From assembly GCA_041687695.1 (NCBI GenBank), contig JAWLBL010000033.1:1-64000 (forward strand): a DNA stretch of 64,000 bases, in the 5' to 3' direction. The notes beneath the pieces are model-generated. The model searched no databases, was not told where the DNA came from, and saw only the letters and a list, made by a program, of their open reading frames with translations. The position numbers and the translations under genes are program-made. Positions 59,317 to 64,000 of this stretch are shown piece by piece (position 1 is the stretch's first letter; each line of letters starts with the position of its first letter). The DNA is from Myxococcota bacterium (GTDB lineage: Bacteria; Myxococcota_A; UBA9042; PHBI01; JAWLBL01).

Positions 59317-60150
59317 ATGACGACCACCCCATCGACCGACGCGACCCGCCTGCTGCCCGTCCGGCGCCACCCGCCCGGCGACCTCCACGACGACCCGGTC
59401 GTGGTCGAGGAGCCGCTCGAGATCCGGGTCGACGGCGACCCGCTGGCCGTCCTGATGCGCACGCCGGGCCGCGATCGCGACCTCGCCGCCGGGTTCCTGC
59501 TGACCGAGGGCGTCATCGACGGCCCCGACGACCTGACCGCGCTCGCCCCCTGCGCCGACCCCAACCGCCCGCACGCCGCCAACGTGCTGCTCGCTACCCT
59601 CGCCGCCGGCTGCACCCTGTCCGCCTGGCGCCGCGACCAGGCCCGCCGCGCGCAAGCCGCCACCGCCAGCTGCGGCGTGTGCGGCAAGGCCACCCTCGAC
59701 AGCATCTACCAACGGACCACCCCCCACCCCGCCTTCGCCACGCTCCCACGCGCCCTGCTCGCCGACATGGGCGCCCGCGCCCGCGCCGCCCAGCCCGTCT
59801 TCGATCAGACCGGCGGCCTCCACGCCGCGGCCCTCTTCGGCCCCGGCCCCGATCACGCCCTGCTGGCGGTCGCCGAGGACGTCGGCCGGCACAACGCCGT
59901 CGACAAGGTCGTCGGCGCCCGCCTGCTGGCCGACGCGCTGCCCGACCCGAGCGCCGCCCTGTGGGTCAGCGGCCGCGCCTCCTTCGAGCTGGTCCAGAAG
60001 GTCGCCGTCGCCGGCTTCGGCGCCCTGGTCTGCGTCGGCGCCCCCACCACCCTGGCCGTCGACCTCGCCCAGGCCCTGCGCGTCACCCTCGTCGGCTTCG
60101 CCCGCGCCTCCGGCCGCTTCAACGTCTACGCCGGCGCCATCGGCGACTGA
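59317..60150 (+). CDS. fdhD: Formate dehydrogenase accessory sulfurtransferase
   Basis: EEPLEI, MRTPG, SCGVCG, TGGLHAA and EDVGRHNAVDK motifs. Confidence 0.9.
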   Translation: MTTTPSTDATRLLPVRRHPPGDLHDDPVVVEEPLEIRVDGDPLAVLMRTPGRDRDLAAGFLLTEGVIDGPDDLTALAPCADPNRPHAANVLLATLAAGCTLSAWRRDQARRAQAATASCGVCGKATLDSIYQRTTPHPAFATLPRALLADMGARARAAQPVFDQTGGLHAAALFGPGPDHALLAVAEDVGRHNAVDKVVGARLLADALPDPSAALWVSGRASFELVQKVAVAGFGALVCVGAPTTLAVDLAQALRVTLVGFARASGRFNVYAGAIGD

Positions 60151-60219
60151 CCGGCCGTCGACACCCGCCCCGCCCGTGGTATCGTCCCGGCCCCCACGCC
60201 CCCGACCCCAGGAGGTCCC

Positions 60220-61929
60220 GTGCGAGGTCTCGTCCCGCCTCTGCTCGCCGCGTTCGCCGCGGCCCTGGCCCTTGCGCCCCCGGCCCCGGCCCTCGCCCAG
60301 GACGCCGCCACCTGCCGCGGCCGCGAGGTCCACCTCGTCGCGCTCAGCACCGACGGCCGCTACGCCCTGCTCCGCGACCTCCGCCCCGGCGCCCCCAGCG
60401 GCCCCGTCGTGGTCCGCGACCTCGCCCAGGGTGTCACCGCCCACACCCTGCCCGCCGACCTCGTCGCCCAGCTCGAGGCGGGCCCCCCCTGCCGCACCGC
60501 CGCCCACGCCGAGTGCGTCTTCGAGGCCGCCGTCGCCGAGCTGCGCGCCCACCCGGACCTCGCCCGCGTCGCCTGGCGCCGCCTGTCCATGTGGGCCGAC
60601 AAGCGCGAGCTCTACCCCGCCGTCCAGGGCCGCGCCGGCGCCCTCGGCCAGGCCACCCCGACCGCCGGCGCCGCCGCCGCCGTGCTCGACGTCGACCGCG
60701 TCCGCCTGACCCTCACCCGCGGCGGCAAGGCCGTCGTCGAGCGCGTCCGCCCGCGCCAGCTCGCCCCCGACCGCGACGCCGACGTGCAGCTGCAGGGCTT
60801 CTACTTCGCCACCGACTACGTCGTCGCCCTCGTCCAGGTCGCCCCCCGCAAGCCCGACTGCGCCGGCGCCGGCGCCCCGCGCGTCGAGGACCGCCCCTTC
60901 GCCTTCGCCTACCCCGCCGCGCCGCGCCCCCAGGTCACCCAGGCGCCGCCCTCCACCGCCACCGCGCCGCCCCGCACCCTGGGCGACGCCGCGCGCCTCA
61001 CCGACCCCTACGTGCTCGCGCCCCTGGTCACGCCGCCCGGCTACGCCAACCGACGCTTCCGCCTCTCCACCGGCGACCTCGTCCAGACGCACACCGGCTG
61101 CGGCGAGTGGGCCGAGGGCGGCGCCGGCTTCCTGGTCCAGGCCCAGGGCTCCCGACGCGCGCCGCGCCTGGTCACCTTCGACGCCGGCCCCCTGCGCGAG
61201 CTCCCCAGCGGCCACCTGCTCCTCGAGGCCCGCCGCCAGATCGGCAGCGACGGCGACGACGCGCCGCCCGAGCTGCCCGAGGGCGCCCAGGCCCCGCTCG
61301 TGACGGGCACCGGGTCCATCTTCGCGACCCGCGTCACCGCCATCGATCTGAAGACCGGCAAACACCGCGACGCCGGCTGGGACACCTTCGCCCCCATCAC
61401 CGCCGGCGCCCAGCGCTTCGTCGTCCTCGCCCGCGCCACCCTCGCCGCCGATCCCGGCGCCCCGCGCGCCGCCTCCGAGCTGCTCCTGTGGGACCTCCGC
61501 ACCGGCCGCAAGCGCGCCCTCGGCCCCGCCCACGGCCCGCCCGAGTACCGCGTGCGCCGCGACGAGGTCCTGGTCCGCGTCGGCCCCCGCGATGCCCCCG
61601 CCTACCTGGCCGTCCACGGCTCGACCGGCAAGATCCGCCCCGCCACCCCCGACGAGGTCGCCGCCGCCCCGGTCCTCGCCGACTTCCTCGCCGCCGACCC
61701 GCCGCGCAACCTCGCGCTCATCTCGCCGCTGCTCTGGTACACCTCGGACGGCCGCCCCATCCACGTGCCGGAGACCAGCCACGACCCGTCGCCCCACGTC
61801 CCCGTCCAGGGAATGTGCGGCCTCGACGGCCCCTTCTGGAGCCACGGGCTGCTCTTCAGCGACGAGGGCATCTTCTTCTGGCCCGCCAGCCTCTCGCTCG
61901 GCTCCGATCCGGCCGACGGTTCCCGGTGA
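60220..61929 (+). CDS. Hypothetical secreted protein
   Basis: Signal peptide ending ALA-QD, GGAGG RBS, and strongly GC3-biased frame. Confidence 0.65.
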   Translation: MRGLVPPLLAAFAAALALAPPAPALAQDAATCRGREVHLVALSTDGRYALLRDLRPGAPSGPVVVRDLAQGVTAHTLPADLVAQLEAGPPCRTAAHAECVFEAAVAELRAHPDLARVAWRRLSMWADKRELYPAVQGRAGALGQATPTAGAAAAVLDVDRVRLTLTRGGKAVVERVRPRQLAPDRDADVQLQGFYFATDYVVALVQVAPRKPDCAGAGAPRVEDRPFAFAYPAAPRPQVTQAPPSTATAPPRTLGDAARLTDPYVLAPLVTPPGYANRRFRLSTGDLVQTHTGCGEWAEGGAGFLVQAQGSRRAPRLVTFDAGPLRELPSGHLLLEARRQIGSDGDDAPPELPEGAQAPLVTGTGSIFATRVTAIDLKTGKHRDAGWDTFAPITAGAQRFVVLARATLAADPGAPRAASELLLWDLRTGRKRALGPAHGPPEYRVRRDEVLVRVGPRDAPAYLAVHGSTGKIRPATPDEVAAAPVLADFLAADPPRNLALISPLLWYTSDGRPIHVPETSHDPSPHVPVQGMCGLDGPFWSHGLLFSDEGIFFWPASLSLGSDPADGSR

Positions 61930-62003
61930 CGTCCCTTGGTTCCGCGCCCACCCTGGGCTATGAAGCGGGCGATGCCGCACGCCGCGGCCGCCCGGGAGCG
62001 CAG

Positions 62004-63002
62004 ATGAGCCGACCCCAGCAACAGGACGCCCCGCTCGTCGACGGCTTCGGCCGGCGGGTCGACTACCTGCGGCTGTCGCTGCTCGACGGGTGCAACCTGC
62101 GCTGCCAGTACTGCATGCCGGCCGAGGGGCTGCCCTTCCTGCACCACCGCGACTGGCTGGACTTCGACGCCATCGTCCTGACGCTCCGCGTCGCCAGCCG
62201 CCTCGGCGTGCACCGAGTGCGCCTGACCGGCGGCGAGCCGCTGATGCGCCCCGGGCTGCCCGAGCTGGTCCGGCGCATCAAGACCGAGACCCCCATCGCC
62301 GAGCTGGCCCTGACCACCAACGGCCTGCTGCTCGAGGCCCAGGCCGAGCCGCTGGCCAAGGCTGGCCTCGACCGCCTCAACGTCAGCCTCGACAGCCTGG
62401 ACGAGGGCCGCTTCGTCCAGATGGCCCGCCGCGACGGCCTCGAGCAGGTCTGGCGCGGCCTGCGCGCCGCCGCCCGGGCGGGCCTGGCGCCGCTGAAGAT
62501 CAACACGGTCCTGATGGCCGGCTTCAACGAGGACGAGGTCGATCGCTGGGTGGCCCTCACCCGCGAGCACGCGCTGACCGTGCGCTTCCTCGAGGTGATG
62601 CCCATCGGAGAGGCGGGCCGCGCCGGGCTGGGCTTCGTCGACGTGTCGGCCGTCCGCGCGCGCCTCGTCGCCCAGTACGGCCTCGAGCCGGCCCAGGCCA
62701 AGGTCGGCGGCGGCCCGGCGCGTTACTGGCGCGTCCCGGGCGCGCCCGGGATGGTCGGCTTCATCACGCCCATCTCCGACCGCTACTGCGACACCTGCAC
62801 GCGCGTTCGCCTGACGGCCTCGGGCGACCTGCGGCCGTGCCTGGCCTTCGACGTGCACGTCCCGATGGGGCAGGCCATCCGCTCGGGCGACGAGGCCGCC
62901 ATCGAGGCCGCCTTCCGCGAGGCCGCGCGCCAAAAGCCCGCGGGGCACCACTGGGAGGCCGGCCAGCTGACGCGCACCTCGATGTCGGTCATGGGAGGGT
63001 AG
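62004..63002 (+). CDS. moaA: GTP 3',8-cyclase (radical SAM)
   Basis: CNLRCQYC, TGGEP, CDTC.R.R..C and a C-terminal GG. Confidence 0.95.
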   Translation: MSRPQQQDAPLVDGFGRRVDYLRLSLLDGCNLRCQYCMPAEGLPFLHHRDWLDFDAIVLTLRVASRLGVHRVRLTGGEPLMRPGLPELVRRIKTETPIAELALTTNGLLLEAQAEPLAKAGLDRLNVSLDSLDEGRFVQMARRDGLEQVWRGLRAAARAGLAPLKINTVLMAGFNEDEVDRWVALTREHALTVRFLEVMPIGEAGRAGLGFVDVSAVRARLVAQYGLEPAQAKVGGGPARYWRVPGAPGMVGFITPISDRYCDTCTRVRLTASGDLRPCLAFDVHVPMGQAIRSGDEAAIEAAFREAARQKPAGHHWEAGQLTRTSMSVMGG

Positions 63003-63006
63003 GGCG

Positions 63007-63255
63007 ATGCGTCTTCGACTGTGTCTGTACGGCGGGCTCCAGCGGGTCGGCGGCGGCCGCGAGCACGCCCTCGTGCTGCCCGGCGAGACGATGAGCGTGG
63101 CCGAGCTGCGCGCCGCCATCGCGCGCGCCCATCCGCCCCTGGCGCCCCACCTGCCGACCGCCGCCCTGGCCATCGGCGACACCATCGTGACCGACGACGG
63201 GCAGGTCCGCGACGGCGACGAGATCGGGCTGTTGCCCCCCGTCAGCGGAGGCTGA
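63007..63255 (+). CDS. moaD: Molybdopterin synthase sulfur carrier subunit
   Basis: Ubiquitin-like size with C-terminal PPVSGG. Confidence 0.9.
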   Translation: MRLRLCLYGGLQRVGGGREHALVLPGETMSVAELRAAIARAHPPLAPHLPTAALAIGDTIVTDDGQVRDGDEIGLLPPVSGG

Positions 63256-63256
63256 G

Positions 63257-63715
63257 ATGACCGAGCAGGTCGACACGACGCGCTGGATCCAGCAAGGCCC
63301 GCTGCCCCTCGAGGCGCTGCTGGCCGAGACCGACGACCCCGAGTGTGGCGGCCTGGTGGTCTTCGGCGGCACCATCCGCAAGGAAAACCACGGCAAGCGC
63401 GTCACCCGCATCCGCTACGACGTCCACCCGCCGCTCGCCGCCCGCACGCTGGCCGACCTCGAGGCCGAGGTCCTCGAGCGCTTCCCGGTCCGCCACTGCC
63501 GCCTGCAGCACCGCGTCGGGACGCTCGAGCTGGGCGAGTGCAGCGTCTGGGTGGTCGTCCGCGCCAAACACCGCGCCGAGGCCTTCGAGGCCAGCCGCTA
63601 CGCCATCGACCAGCTCAAGCGCCGCGCCCCCATCTGGAAGGAGGAGTTCTACGAGGACGGCACCAGCGAGTTCCTGAAGGGCTGCTCCCTCGTCGACGGC
63701 CACCACGAGCACTGA
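63257..63715 (+). CDS. moaE: Molybdopterin synthase catalytic subunit
   Basis: HRVG.L..GE, HR.EAF and LK..APIWKEE motifs. Confidence 0.9.
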   Translation: MTEQVDTTRWIQQGPLPLEALLAETDDPECGGLVVFGGTIRKENHGKRVTRIRYDVHPPLAARTLADLEAEVLERFPVRHCRLQHRVGTLELGECSVWVVVRAKHRAEAFEASRYAIDQLKRRAPIWKEEFYEDGTSEFLKGCSLVDGHHEH

Positions 63716-63731
63716 TCCCGGGGGACCCACC

Positions 63732-64000
63732 GTGCTGACCCTGCCCGAGGCCCGCGCGCGCATCCTCGACCGCGCCCGCCCGCTCCCCGCCGAGGACGCC
63801 GCCTACCTCGACGCCGTCGGCCGCGTCCTGGCCGAGGACGTGCTCGCCCCGCGCCAGCACCCGCTCGCCGACAACTCGGCCATGGACGGCTACGCCATGC
63901 GCGCCGCCGACCTGGTCGGCGCCTCCTCCTCCACCCCGGTCACCCTGCCGATCGCCGGCGAGTCCGCCGCCGGCCGCGCCTTCACCGACCCCGTCCCGCC
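63732..64000 (+). CDS. moeA: Molybdopterin molybdotransferase (5' part, truncated by the window end)
   Basis: GRVLAEDV.A...P...NSAMDGYA motif. GTG start. Confidence 0.9.
   Translation, partial: MLTLPEARARILDRARPLPAEDAAYLDAVGRVLAEDVLAPRQHPLADNSAMDGYAMRAADLVGASSSTPVTLPIAGESAAGRAFTDPVP

Overview
A very GC-rich, gene-dense bacterial window. The myxobacterial-style Cys-rich lipoproteins, Ser/Thr kinase and DUF222-like HNH gene suggest Myxococcota, but that assignment is inference. About 50 CDS can be supported: a GH16/FG-GAP lipoprotein, transporters (AEC, MMPL, CPA1, ABC), a Thr1/Asp17 proteasome-beta-like Ntn protein, an inositol/glycosyltransferase operon, a PAS kinase, a diheme cytochrome c, RNase D, an AGPS-like oxidase, two Cys-repeat surface lipoproteins, and a fdhF-like/fdhD/moaA-D-E-moeA molybdenum locus. 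The most unusual feature is a ~2.5 kb mirror-symmetric element (~12439-14963) built around one HNH endonuclease gene with no transposase. On both sides, in inverted orientation, the gene is flanked by ~32-bp-period arrays of the palindrome GTC(GT)CCCGGGAC(GAC) (9 left, 7 right), an AT-rich box, and a ~280-bp hairpin-rich arm. Also present: a 158-bp MITE with 20-bp TIRs and a TCA target duplication (45529-45686), and a 92-bp tandem REP-like hairpin repeat with a covarying inverted copy (1-505). No rRNA, tRNA or CRISPR array was seen. All product calls come from motif recognition by eye, not from database searches.
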